Below are positions 39,604 to 48,870 of a stretch of DNA of 64,000 bases, piece after piece. The DNA comes from Clostridia bacterium (GTDB lineage Bacteria > Bacillota > Clostridia > UBA1212 > DUPL01). The stretch lies in the NCBI GenBank assembly GCA_050951325.1, contig JBMNIW010000003.1, positions 96,001 through 160,000 of the forward strand, written 5' to 3'. Position 1 is the first letter of the stretch. Each line of letters opens with the position of its first letter. Both the position numbers and the translations under genes were made by a program. Under the pieces are notes generated by a model, which saw only the letters and a list, made by a program, of their open reading frames with translations, searched no databases and was not told the DNA's origin.

Positions 39604-40607
39604 CAAGGTCTCACCAAACCTATCTTTCTGTATACTTCGTCAAGAGTTTTGCTTGCTATTTCCTCCGCTCTTTCAGCGCCGTTTCTTAGAATCTTGTCCA
39701 AATAATCCTTGTCACTTATTATTTCATTATACTTTATGCGTATGGGTGTAAGTTTCGCAACCACTGCATCCCCCACCGCCATTTTGAACTCACCATATCT
39801 GGAATTTTCAAATTCCTTCTCAACTTCATGAATGGCCTTTCCCGTTACAGTAGCGTATATGCTGATAAGGTTGCTGATACCAGGCTTGTTCGCCTCATCA
39901 TAAATTATCTCAGCACCCGAGTCTGTAACGGCTTTCTTGAATTTCTTCATTATGCTGTTAGGTTCCTCTATAATGCTGATAAAGTTGTTTTTGTTTTCAT
40001 CCGATTTGGACATTTTCTTTTCAGGATCCTGCAGACTCATTATCCTTGCACCCTGTTTGGGGATATATGGTTCGGGTACTACAAATGTCTCACCATATAT
40101 ATTGTTAAACCTCTGAGCCACATCCCTTGTAAGCTCAAGATGCTGTTTCTGGTCGTCTCCTACAGGCACCAAATCAGCATTGTACAAAAGGATATCGGAT
40201 GCCATCAAAACGGGATAAGTAAACAACCCGCTATTTATATTCTCCGAGTGTTTTGACGATTTTTCCTTGAACTGTGTCATTCTGCCAAGTTCACCCATGT
40301 ATGTGTAACATCCAAGAACCCATGCCAGCTCACTGTGGGCAGGAACATGCGACTGAATGAACAGAATATTCTTTTCAGGATCCAATCCACAGGCAATGTA
40401 CAATGCAAGCACCGAGTATGATCTTTGCCTCAGTTCCTCAGGGTTCTGCCTGACTGTCAGTGAATGCAAGTCAACCACACAGTATATGCAATCATATTCA
40501 TCCTGCAATATGGCAAAATTCTTAAGTGCGCCCAGATAGTTTCCCAATGTCAAATGTCCTGAAGGTTGTACACCACTGAATATTCTTTTTTTTGCCTTAT
40601 CTCCCAT
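39603..40607 (-). CDS. trpS: Tryptophanyl-tRNA synthetase
   Basis: [39 protein letters not shown]. Confidence 0.98.
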   Translation of the reverse strand: MGDKAKKRIFSGVQPSGHLTLGNYLGALKNFAILQDEYDCIYCVVDLHSLTVRQNPEELRQRSYSVLALYIACGLDPEKNILFIQSHVPAHSELAWVLGCYTYMGELGRMTQFKEKSSKHSENINSGLFTYPVLMASDILLYNADLVPVGDDQKQHLELTRDVAQRFNNIYGETFVVPEPYIPKQGARIMSLQDPEKKMSKSDENKNNFISIIEEPNSIMKKFKKAVTDSGAEIIYDEANKPGISNLISIYATVTGKAIHEVEKEFENSRYGEFKMAVGDAVVAKLTPIRIKYNEIISDKDYLDKILRNGAERAEEIASKTLDEVYRKIGLVRP

Positions 40608-40645
40608 ACATAACACTTCCTGTTTTATTATTAGTTAACTTATAA

Positions 40646-40737
40646 AGTTTAGCATTTTATATGATTTTTTTCAACCATGGTTTTTCGAATATATGTTCGA
40701 TAATGTTACATTTTACACTATTTTTCTTTCTTGTCAA
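40646..40737 (-). promoter_or_regulatory. Tandem sigmaA promoters with a LexA (SOS/Cheo) box between them
   Basis: P1 TTGACA(40737-32)-16-TAAAAT(40715-10); CGAACATATATTCG at 40699-40686; P2 TTGAAA(40674-69)-17-TAAACT(40651-46) with TGn extension. Confidence 0.72.
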
Positions 40738-40760
40738 CAAGTATACAACAAATATATAAC

Positions 40761-40797
40761 TAAAAGCTCGATAAAAGATAAACAATCCATTACCGAG
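40761..40797 (-). terminator. Probable terminator after the 40806-41144 ORF
   Basis: GCTCGGTAA...TTATCGAGC stem followed by UUUU on the minus strand. Confidence 0.55.
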
Positions 40798-40805
40798 CCG
40801 TTTTA

Positions 40806-41144
40806 TTATTCAGAATATGATTTCTTTCCATAGACAACTTTCCTTATTGTTCCGCTTGCAACAACCTTGTTGTCTCCTTCAAGATATATTTTTTTAGCCA
40901 GAATGTCATTAATACTAATATCTTTTGTATAAAACGACATCCTCGCCCTGCCCTCGCTGGTAACAAGGTCGGGCAAAATATAAGAATCGCCGTTTTTTAT
41001 GTTGAAACTGTACTTCTTAAGAGCAAGCCCCTTAATGTCAACGTCCAGTCTTGTATAGCCATCATTCAGAACATAAAATCGTACCATTCCTATTATTCCT
41101 GGTGCTTCGTCATTTCCAAAAATATATGCTACAGCCATTTTCAC
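40806..41144 (-). CDS. Hypothetical protein resembling a degenerate Cu/Zn-SOD fold
   Basis: AVAYIFG...APGIIGMVRFY and LPDL...GRARMSFYT...INDIL...VASGTI match recalled clostridial SodC-family strands; no His or Cys. Confidence 0.55.
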   Translation of the reverse strand: MKMAVAYIFGNDEAPGIIGMVRFYVLNDGYTRLDVDIKGLALKKYSFNIKNGDSYILPDLVTSEGRARMSFYTKDISINDILAKKIYLEGDNKVVASGTIRKVVYGKKSYSE

Positions 41145-41218
41145 GTTTTTCCACCCCCAATTACTCTCTACTATATAAGTTATGAATAATCGGGGAATAC
41201 TGTTTGAATATTTTCCAA

Positions 41219-42157
41219 TTATCTTTCTTCCCTGAAGTAGTTGACTCCACAGGAAGCAGGTTGCTGATTCTCCTTCTTTATTTTGACAGATGTGATTACC
41301 AGAATTATAACAGTAACCAGATATGGCAGCATCTCAAGCAGATACGGCGATATTGGACTGTCTTGGAATCTCAGGGCAATAAGTGAGGTTATGCCAAATA
41401 GCAAAGAACCGTAAATCGCCTTGAGCGGATTCCAACTCGCAAATATCACCAATGCCACCGCAATCCATCCTTTTCCGGCAATCATGTTGTTGCCCCAGGT
41501 AGTAAGGTACACAACGCCAATATATGCGCCGGCAAGTCCACAGAATGCACCACCTATGCATATGTGTACATATTTGTACAATGAAACATTTATACCCGCC
41601 GCATCCGCTGCTGCAGGATTTTCGCCCACCGCTCTCAAATTTAGGCCTGTTCTGGTCTTGTTGATGTAAAAATACGCAATAACAACCAATACAATCGACA
41701 GATAAATAATCATGTCATAGCCGAAAAGGGCTCTTCCGAGAAACGGAATGTCTTTCAGAACGGGAATCTTCCAGCTTACCTTTTGTGTTACCGCATCCGG
41801 TATCCTTACGCTTTCACCCTTGCCGCCACTCAGGGTATTGCCCAAAAATCTGGCAACTCCCTGTCCGAATATTGTCAGGGACAAGCCCGCAACCACCTGA
41901 TTTGTTCTTAGTGAAACAGTAGCAAAAGCATATATCAATGCTCCAAAAGCACCAAACAAACAAGCCGCAATCAGAGTCATTATCACACTATTGGTGGCTA
42001 CTGCTGTATAGAAGCCCGCAAAAGCTCCCATGTACATCATGCCTTCAATACCAAGATTTGTGTTTCCAGCCTTTTCATTGAATATGGCGCCGGTTATACC
42101 AAGAAGTACAGGTATCGACACTCTTACCGCAATGTAGATATATGATGCAATAATCAT
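41219..42157 (-). CDS. ABC permease (nucleoside/BMP-type, NupC-like)
   Basis: EKAGNTNLGIEGMM, GLNLRAVGENPAAADAAGI, GKGWIAVALVIF, MLPYL. Confidence 0.9.
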   Translation of the reverse strand: MIIASYIYIAVRVSIPVLLGITGAIFNEKAGNTNLGIEGMMYMGAFAGFYTAVATNSVIMTLIAACLFGAFGALIYAFATVSLRTNQVVAGLSLTIFGQGVARFLGNTLSGGKGESVRIPDAVTQKVSWKIPVLKDIPFLGRALFGYDMIIYLSIVLVVIAYFYINKTRTGLNLRAVGENPAAADAAGINVSLYKYVHICIGGAFCGLAGAYIGVVYLTTWGNNMIAGKGWIAVALVIFASWNPLKAIYGSLLFGITSLIALRFQDSPISPYLLEMLPYLVTVIILVITSVKIKKENQQPASCGVNYFREER

Positions 42158-43239
42158 TACTTAGCCACCTCCCTGTTGGTACGAACTATCTTGTAGTTAA
42201 CAAAGAACTCAGCTCCAAGCACGCAAAACAGTATGATACCCTGTATCATCTCGGAGGCGGCTGGAGATATGTTCTGATACTCTAGAAAACCTGCTCCTTT
42301 TGACATTACACTGAACAAAAATGACGCTACAATCATGACTACCGGGTTTAGTTTGCTGAGCCATGCAATAATTATTGCTGTAAAACCAAGTCCTCCTGCA
42401 ACATTCACAGACAGTTTTTTGAGGTTTCCTGAAACCTGCACAAAACCTGCAATACCACATATTCCAGCACTCAGCATCATCGTTCTCAAAGTTATCCACC
42501 TTACATTCATTCCCGCATATCTGGCAGTGTTGACACTCTCTCCAACCACACTTATTTCATATCCGCTCTTTGTATGGTTCATGTAAATGTATACAACAGC
42601 CACCATCACAAGGGATAAAATCCAACCAATGTGGAGATCGCTCCAAGGTTTGGATGACGACAGTGATGGAAGAAGCGCATTTTTCTTAAAATTGTCAAAC
42701 TCCGGCCGCATGGCGTTCGCTCCCTTCCATGGACCATACTGCAAAAACAACAGAAAACTAAGCGCAATATAGTTGAGCATGAGGGTAAACAAAGTTTCGT
42801 TTGTATTGTATCTTGCCTTGAAATATGCGGGTATCAGACCGTACATGCCTCCTGTTACAAACGATGCTACAAGCATTACAGGAAGCAGAATGTATATTGG
42901 CCAATCGCTATGGAACAAGCCAAAATATGAAGCTCCTATTCCTCCCAGGATAATCTGTCCCTCGGCACCTATGTTCCAGAACTTCATCTTGAACGCAAGC
43001 CCTATTCCCAGGGAAATTATAAGCAGTACCACAGCCAGCTTTATTGTCTGCACTAAAAAATATCCGTTTTTTACAGGCTCATACAGTAGTGCCATAAGAA
43101 CCTTGCCAGGATTTTTCTTCAATAACAGCATGAGTATGCTGGTCACGGCAAAAGCCGTCAATACTGCAAGCAATCTTACAATTACCTGTTGGTACGTCTT
43201 CATGTACGGACGTTTTACAATATGAAAGGGAAGTGTCAT
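42157..43239 (-). CDS. ABC permease (nucleoside/BMP-type, NupB-like)
   Basis: WNIGAEGQ, NETLFTLMLNYIA, ARYAGM, GFTAIIIAWL. Confidence 0.9.
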   Translation of the reverse strand: MTLPFHIVKRPYMKTYQQVIVRLLAVLTAFAVTSILMLLLKKNPGKVLMALLYEPVKNGYFLVQTIKLAVVLLIISLGIGLAFKMKFWNIGAEGQIILGGIGASYFGLFHSDWPIYILLPVMLVASFVTGGMYGLIPAYFKARYNTNETLFTLMLNYIALSFLLFLQYGPWKGANAMRPEFDNFKKNALLPSLSSSKPWSDLHIGWILSLVMVAVVYIYMNHTKSGYEISVVGESVNTARYAGMNVRWITLRTMMLSAGICGIAGFVQVSGNLKKLSVNVAGGLGFTAIIIAWLSKLNPVVMIVASFLFSVMSKGAGFLEYQNISPAASEMIQGIILFCVLGAEFFVNYKIVRTNREVAK

Positions 43240-44774
43240 TTTCCAGTCCCCCTTTCAGCAAGTATCTGGGAGTATGTGTGTCCTGTCATCATAAGCCCCA
43301 AATCTTCTATTGTTACATCTTTTGGTTCAACCATACCCATTATTCTACCACCACATATTACCATTATTCTGTCACAGAGCTCCAAAAGTACATTTAGGTC
43401 CTCACCAATATACAGTACCGCAACTCCTTTTTTCTTCTGCTCATTCAACATGTCATAAATGACATACGATGAATTTATGTCAAGACCTCTTACAGGGTAA
43501 GCAGTAATCAAAAGTTGAGGACTGGAATTGATTTCCCTGCCCAAAAGTACTTTTTGCACATTTCCTCCGGACAGAAGCCTTATTGGATATTGAACGCCCT
43601 GGGTAACAATATCCAGATCCTCCACCATCTTCAAAGCCGTCTTTCTTGCAGGCTTTCTGCTTAACAGAAGTCCTTTTTGCCTTTTGTAATCTTTTAATAT
43701 AACATTGTCGACCATGTCCATGTTGGCCACAAGCCCCATGCCAAGTCTGTCCTCAGGGATAAAGCTCATACTTACTCCCAAATTAATAATCTCATTCGGA
43801 TTTAATCCAACTATGTTACGCCCCTTGAATTCTATAGATCCTTCGGCAACAGGATGCAGACCTGCAATCGCCTCGCATAGTTCCTTCTGCCCTGATCCTG
43901 CAACACCGGCAACACCTAGGATTTCACCGCCATCCAGCGCAAAGGACATGCCGTCAATTACCTTTACTCCATCTTCATCGAAAATTGTAAGGTTGTCCAC
44001 CTGTAGAACATCTTTTGTCTTGTCCTCAACAACAGGTCTTTCTATACTTAAATCAACACTATGACCCACCATGAGTTCAGTAAGTTCCTTGGCATTTGTT
44101 TGTTTTGTCTCAACAGTAGCAACACTCTCCCCTTTTCTCAGGATGGTTACTCTATCGCTAATCTCCATAACCTCATTCAGCTTGTGCGTAATTATGACGA
44201 TTGCACAGCCATCATCCCTGAGTTCCCTAAGAATTTCAAAAAGTTTGTCAATTTCCTGTGGAGTAAGAACAGCAGTTGGCTCATCCAGGATAAGAATTTT
44301 GGATTTCCTGAACAGCACCTTCATTATCTCAACAGTCTGCTTTTCACTTACGGACATCTGATAAATTTTCTTGTCCAAATTTATATTAAGGCCAAACCTG
44401 TTGCTCAGCTCTTCGATTTCTCTTGTAAGATTCTTTTGATTCTGCCTTATGGAACCGGACTGCCCCATGATTATGTTCTCTTTGGCAGAAAACACATCAA
44501 CCAGCTTAAAGTGCTGGTGTATCATTCCTATTCCGAGCTTGATTGCATCTTCAGGAGATTTTATGGTTACTTCCTCACCATTTATAATAATTGTGCCGCT
44601 ATCCGGAGTATATATTCCCGACAGTATGTTCATCAAGGTTGTCTTTCCAGATCCGTTCTCTCCCAGCAGAGCATGTATTTCTCCTTCTCTTACGGAAAAA
44701 TCAATATTCTTGTTTGCTACAACATTTCCAAATAGTTTTGTTATTCCACGCAGCTCAAACAGCACATTGTTCAC
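43236..44774 (-). CDS. ABC ATPase with tandem NBDs (CUT2/Nup type)
   Basis: GENGSGKT, LDEPT, IPEDR, LSGGNVQK; start reset to GTG 44774 after AAAGGTGA. Confidence 0.92.
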   Translation of the reverse strand: MNNVLFELRGITKLFGNVVANKNIDFSVREGEIHALLGENGSGKTTLMNILSGIYTPDSGTIIINGEEVTIKSPEDAIKLGIGMIHQHFKLVDVFSAKENIIMGQSGSIRQNQKNLTREIEELSNRFGLNINLDKKIYQMSVSEKQTVEIMKVLFRKSKILILDEPTAVLTPQEIDKLFEILRELRDDGCAIVIITHKLNEVMEISDRVTILRKGESVATVETKQTNAKELTELMVGHSVDLSIERPVVEDKTKDVLQVDNLTIFDEDGVKVIDGMSFALDGGEILGVAGVAGSGQKELCEAIAGLHPVAEGSIEFKGRNIVGLNPNEIINLGVSMSFIPEDRLGMGLVANMDMVDNVILKDYKRQKGLLLSRKPARKTALKMVEDLDIVTQGVQYPIRLLSGGNVQKVLLGREINSSPQLLITAYPVRGLDINSSYVIYDMLNEQKKKGVAVLYIGEDLNVLLELCDRIMVICGGRIMGMVEPKDVTIEDLGLMMTGHTYSQILAERGTGK

Positions 44775-44808
44775 TGAATCACCTTTATCACATATAATTA
44801 AAAAATTG

Positions 44809-44840
44809 AAAAAGCAATGCAAGATACAATCCTGCATTGC
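44809..44840 (-). terminator. Intra-operon hairpin/terminator after the binding-protein gene
   Basis: GCAATGCAGGAT-TGT-ATCTTGCATTGC followed by UUUUU. Confidence 0.75.
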
Positions 44841-44863
44841 ATGTCCCTCATATTGACTTTTTA

Positions 44864-45985
44864 TTAATCAATGGTTCCTACAACACCTTCTACAAACCAC
44901 ATCATGCTCAGAAGTTCTTCGTCTGTAAGCTTGGTGTCAGCTGTAACCTTGACGTTTCCATCCTGATCCTTAATTTCGTAGTTTGCAAAGACATCAAAGC
45001 TACCATCTTTGAATTTTGCAAGAACTTCGTCAACTTTAGCTTGTGTTCCTTCTGCAACATTGTCTGAAAGTGGTGCAATGTCAACAACGCCTTCCTTGAT
45101 TCCACCCCAGTATGCAACGCCTGGCTTCCATTCGCCATTGATTATATCCGTGAACTGTTGTTCGTAATATGCTTCAAGATTCCAGATAGCACTGGTGAGG
45201 TTGTACTCCTTGGAGGAAACAGCCATATCGCTATGGTATCCGATAGCCCACACTTTGTTTTCTCTGGCTGCAATCTGTGCAGCGTCGGTATCCTGATGCT
45301 GGGTGATAACGTCGCATCCTTCACTGATAAGTGTTTCTGCAGTGGATTTTTCAATGCTTGGGTTACCCCAGGTATTTGTCCACCTTACAATAACTTCTGC
45401 ATCTGGATTCACGCTTTTGACCCCCAGTGTGAATGCATTGATTCCACGAATAACTTCCGGGATTCCCACGGCTGCCACATATCCTATCTTGTTTGTCTCA
45501 GTCTTCAAACCTGCTACAATACCAGTGAGATATCTTGCCTGATACATTCTTCCGAAGAAGTTTGAGAAGTTTACATCATTCTTGTATTCTCCCGAGCAGT
45601 GCATGAAAATTATATCCTTGTATGCAGGATCGTTGGCCAGATCATTCATATACGTGCCGTATCCATAGCTTGTACCGATAATCACGTTGCATCCATTGGC
45701 AATAAGGCTCTCAAATACTTCCTTGCAGCTCTCGTCGTTGTCTGAGACCTCTTCTCTCTGAAGTATCTGGCTTTCCTTTATGCCAAGAGACTTGGCAGCA
45801 GCCATGATGCCCTTGTAGTGCTCAGTTGAAAATCCAACAGGTTCTGAAATGTTTCCAATGTATACAACACCAATTTTCAACTTGCTCACAGCGTCGCCAT
45901 CGCCATCATTGTCGCCTGTACAGCCGGAAAAGACAGACAGTGCCATGACAATTGCTACCATTACCAAAATCATTTTCTTGTACAT
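44864..45985 (-). CDS. BMP-family ABC substrate-binding lipoprotein
   Basis: Lipobox FSGC; GTSYGY, RMYQARYLTGIVAG, PEVIRGINAFTLG, TQHQD. Confidence 0.92.
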   Translation of the reverse strand: MYKKMILVMVAIVMALSVFSGCTGDNDGDGDAVSKLKIGVVYIGNISEPVGFSTEHYKGIMAAAKSLGIKESQILQREEVSDNDESCKEVFESLIANGCNVIIGTSYGYGTYMNDLANDPAYKDIIFMHCSGEYKNDVNFSNFFGRMYQARYLTGIVAGLKTETNKIGYVAAVGIPEVIRGINAFTLGVKSVNPDAEVIVRWTNTWGNPSIEKSTAETLISEGCDVITQHQDTDAAQIAARENKVWAIGYHSDMAVSSKEYNLTSAIWNLEAYYEQQFTDIINGEWKPGVAYWGGIKEGVVDIAPLSDNVAEGTQAKVDEVLAKFKDGSFDVFANYEIKDQDGNVKVTADTKLTDEELLSMMWFVEGVVGTID

Positions 45986-46024
45986 AGATTTAACCCCCAA
46001 ATTAATATGTGTATAAACATAATA

Positions 46025-46113
46025 CTGACATTGCTCTGTCAGACTAAATTAGTTTACTACACGAGGTTGTAAATTGCAATGGTATTTACTAAATCTTTTT
46101 TATGGGATATAAT
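46025..46113. promoter_or_regulatory. Divergent sigmaA promoters with a palindromic operator
   Basis: Minus: TTGCAA(46079-74)-17-TAAACT(46056-51); plus: TTTACT(46085-90)-17-TATAAT(46108-13); CTGACA-N6-TGTCAG at 46025-46042. Confidence 0.6.
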
Positions 46114-46161
46114 AAGGTGTTATGTTTAACATACATCTTAATATATCGGAGGTAAAACAAA

Positions 46162-47547
46162 TTGAAATGTGATGTGGCAATCATCGGCGGAGGAACTGCC
46201 GGAATAATGGCTTCATATGAATTAAACAAGAACATACCAAACCTTGACATACTTATTATAGAACAAGGCAAACCTATTTATGAAAGAAAATGCCCCATAG
46301 TACAGAACATAACAAGAAACTGCATTTCCTGTGCAAACTGCGGCATCATGAACGGCTTCGGAGGTGCTGGCGCCTTTTCGGATGGTAAATTCAATTTCAC
46401 TACTGAATTTGGAGGATGGCTTCACGATTACCTTCCAAGGGAAAAGGTAATGGAGCTCATTGAATATGCAGACAGCATCAATGTGTCCTTCGGTGCAACC
46501 ACCGAAAGATACTCAACATACTCTGACAAGGCACGAGAACTAGAAAAGAAGGCATTGCATAACGACTTGCACCTGCTAATGGCTTCGGTAAAGCATCTGG
46601 GCACTGAAAACAACCTAAGAATACTTAAGAGCATGTACGACTACCTCGTCGAGAAGATAAACATTAAATGCAATACATCCGTCGAATCCATCAGCGTAAA
46701 TCCTGACGGCACTTTCAACCTTCAGTTGTCCGATGGCGAGACGGTTACCTGCAAGTACCTGATTGCCTCCCCTGGCAGATCAGGCGCGGAATGGTTTGCT
46801 TCCCAGGCAGAGAAACTGGGAATAAAACTCATCAACAACCAGGTTGACATTGGTGTCAGAGTTGAGCTTCCTGCAAAGGTTTTCGAAGATATAACAAATG
46901 TTGTATACGAGGCAAAGCTTGTTTACAGAACGAAGCAGTACGGCGACAACGTAAGAACCTTCTGCATGAATCCGTACGGTCATGTAGTAACTGAAAACGT
47001 TGACGGTCTTATCACTGTAAACGGACACAGCTACAGTGACGAGAAACTGAGAAGCGAGAACACCAACTTTGCACTGCTTGTCAGCAACAGGTTTACAAAA
47101 CCTTTTAATGAGCCTTATCAGTATGGAAAGAGAATTGCATCCCTGTCCAACATGCTGGGCGGAGGTGTTCTGGTCCAAAGATTTGGAGATCTCATAAAGG
47201 GTGTTCGTTCAAACGAGCACAGGATGAGCCAGAGCTTTACAAGGCCGACCCTTAACGCAACTCCTGGCGATTTGAGTCTGGCTCTGCCAAAAAGACATCT
47301 TGACAACATAATTGAGATGCTTTTTGCCCTTGACAAAATTGCTCCAGGTACTGCAAATCATGACACACTGTTATATGGTGTAGAAGTAAAATTCTACAGC
47401 GCTAGAATATCATTGAGTGAGATGCTTGAAACGCCAATACCAAACTTCTTTGCTTGCGGAGACGGCGCAGGAGTAACAAGAGGTCTGTCCCAGGCTGCAG
47501 CCAGCGGTATTTACGTTGCAAGAAATATAATTGATAGAATTCAATAA
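46162..47547 (+). CDS. FAD/NAD(P)-dependent oxidoreductase of unknown substrate with a Cys cluster
   Basis: IIGGGTAG, CP-x7-CISCANC, GFGGAGAFSDGK, DIGVRVE, RTFCMNP, GDGAGVTRGL; TTG start after GGAGGT. Confidence 0.85.
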   Translation: MKCDVAIIGGGTAGIMASYELNKNIPNLDILIIEQGKPIYERKCPIVQNITRNCISCANCGIMNGFGGAGAFSDGKFNFTTEFGGWLHDYLPREKVMELIEYADSINVSFGATTERYSTYSDKARELEKKALHNDLHLLMASVKHLGTENNLRILKSMYDYLVEKINIKCNTSVESISVNPDGTFNLQLSDGETVTCKYLIASPGRSGAEWFASQAEKLGIKLINNQVDIGVRVELPAKVFEDITNVVYEAKLVYRTKQYGDNVRTFCMNPYGHVVTENVDGLITVNGHSYSDEKLRSENTNFALLVSNRFTKPFNEPYQYGKRIASLSNMLGGGVLVQRFGDLIKGVRSNEHRMSQSFTRPTLNATPGDLSLALPKRHLDNIIEMLFALDKIAPGTANHDTLLYGVEVKFYSARISLSEMLETPIPNFFACGDGAGVTRGLSQAAASGIYVARNIIDRIQ

Positions 47548-47572
47548 ACATATATTTTATGGAGGTAATAAA

Positions 47573-48838
47573 ATGCAAGAACTTGTTAACAACTTGAACC
47601 ATCCATCAAGGGAAACAAGACTGGAATCATTAAGAGAACTTATGAAGATGGTTGAAGATGGGAAAACTCCGAAACCAGACATGGGAAACGACGTCAACAA
47701 CCATATTCATACGACATATTCCTTCTCACCCTACTCCCCTACCAAGGCAGTATGGATGGCTTATATGGCAGGTCTAAAGACAGCTGGAATAATGGACCAT
47801 GATTCCTTGAGCGGTGCAAAGGAATTCATAGAAGCTGGCAAAATCGTGGGAATGATGACCACCATCGGCGTTGAATGCAGAGCCGACATGTCAAAGACAC
47901 GACTCAACGGCCTTAGAATAAACAACCCTGATCAGAAGAGTGTGGCATACATGGCACTGCATGGAATACCCCATCAGAACATAGACACTGTCGTTGAGTT
48001 CTTCAAGCCTTACACGGCTCACAGAAATACAAGAAACAGAAAAATGACAGAGAACATAAACAAGATATTTGCGCCATACGAAATATCCATGGATTATGAC
48101 AAGGATGTACTCCCCCTTTCCATGAACCATGACAATGGTTCGGTTACGGAAAGACACCTTCTGTTTGCTCTTTCCAAAAAGATTACGGACAAGTTTGGAA
48201 AAGGTCAGAAAGTCGTTGATTTCCTAAAAAATGAACTCAATCTGAACCTATCAAAGAAAGTCGAGAATTATCTACTTCAGGAAGACAATGATGTTTATGA
48301 ATACGACCTCTTGGGAGCATTAAAGAGCGATTTGGTTGAAAAATTCTATATCGATGCAACCGATGAATGCCCCGATGTAAGGGATGTTATTGAATTGGGA
48401 AGAAAAGTTGGGGCAATTTCAGCCTATGCGTATCTTGGTGACGTGGGAGACTCTGTAACTGGTGACAAAAAGACACAGAAGTTTGAAGACGACTATATCG
48501 ATTTGCTTTTTGATGTTATCGACGAGCTTGATTTCAATGCAGTTACTTACATGCCTTCAAGAAACACAATGGAGCAGCTTAAGACTGTACGCACTTACTG
48601 CGACAAGTACAATCTGTTCCAGATAAGCGGAGAAGACATCAACTCCCCAAGACAGTCCTTCATATGCGAAGCACAGCGTAATCCAGAGTTTGCAAATCTC
48701 TACGATGCAACGCTTGCTTTGATCAACCATGAGAAAGCTGCTACTGAGAATATTGAGAATGCAATGTTTTCAGAAAAGACAATTAAGAAATATCCGGATA
48801 TAAAAGAAAGAATTCAGGTATACAAGAACATGAATTAG
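47573..48838 (+). CDS. PHP-domain metallophosphoesterase
   Basis: NNHIHTTYS, GIMDHD, GVE, TERH, SGEDINSPRQ; start reset to ATG 47573 after GGAGGT. Confidence 0.82.
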   Translation: MQELVNNLNHPSRETRLESLRELMKMVEDGKTPKPDMGNDVNNHIHTTYSFSPYSPTKAVWMAYMAGLKTAGIMDHDSLSGAKEFIEAGKIVGMMTTIGVECRADMSKTRLNGLRINNPDQKSVAYMALHGIPHQNIDTVVEFFKPYTAHRNTRNRKMTENINKIFAPYEISMDYDKDVLPLSMNHDNGSVTERHLLFALSKKITDKFGKGQKVVDFLKNELNLNLSKKVENYLLQEDNDVYEYDLLGALKSDLVEKFYIDATDECPDVRDVIELGRKVGAISAYAYLGDVGDSVTGDKKTQKFEDDYIDLLFDVIDELDFNAVTYMPSRNTMEQLKTVRTYCDKYNLFQISGEDINSPRQSFICEAQRNPEFANLYDATLALINHEKAATENIENAMFSEKTIKKYPDIKERIQVYKNMN

Positions 48839-48840
48839 AA

Positions 48841-48870
48841 AGTGGCAGGGATTAAACCCTGCCACTCTTT
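48841..48870. terminator. Bidirectional terminator between convergent genes
   Basis: agtggcaggg-attaaa-ccctgccact followed by cttt. Confidence 0.85.

Noticed and set aside
40608-40745. T-box riboswitch upstream of trpS (also checked gltX and hisZ)
   Set aside because: No T-box bulge motif or terminator/antiterminator; leaders too short
45986-46161. Purine riboswitch ahead of the BMP transporter
   Set aside because: Conserved aptamer segments not found; leader is about 60 nt
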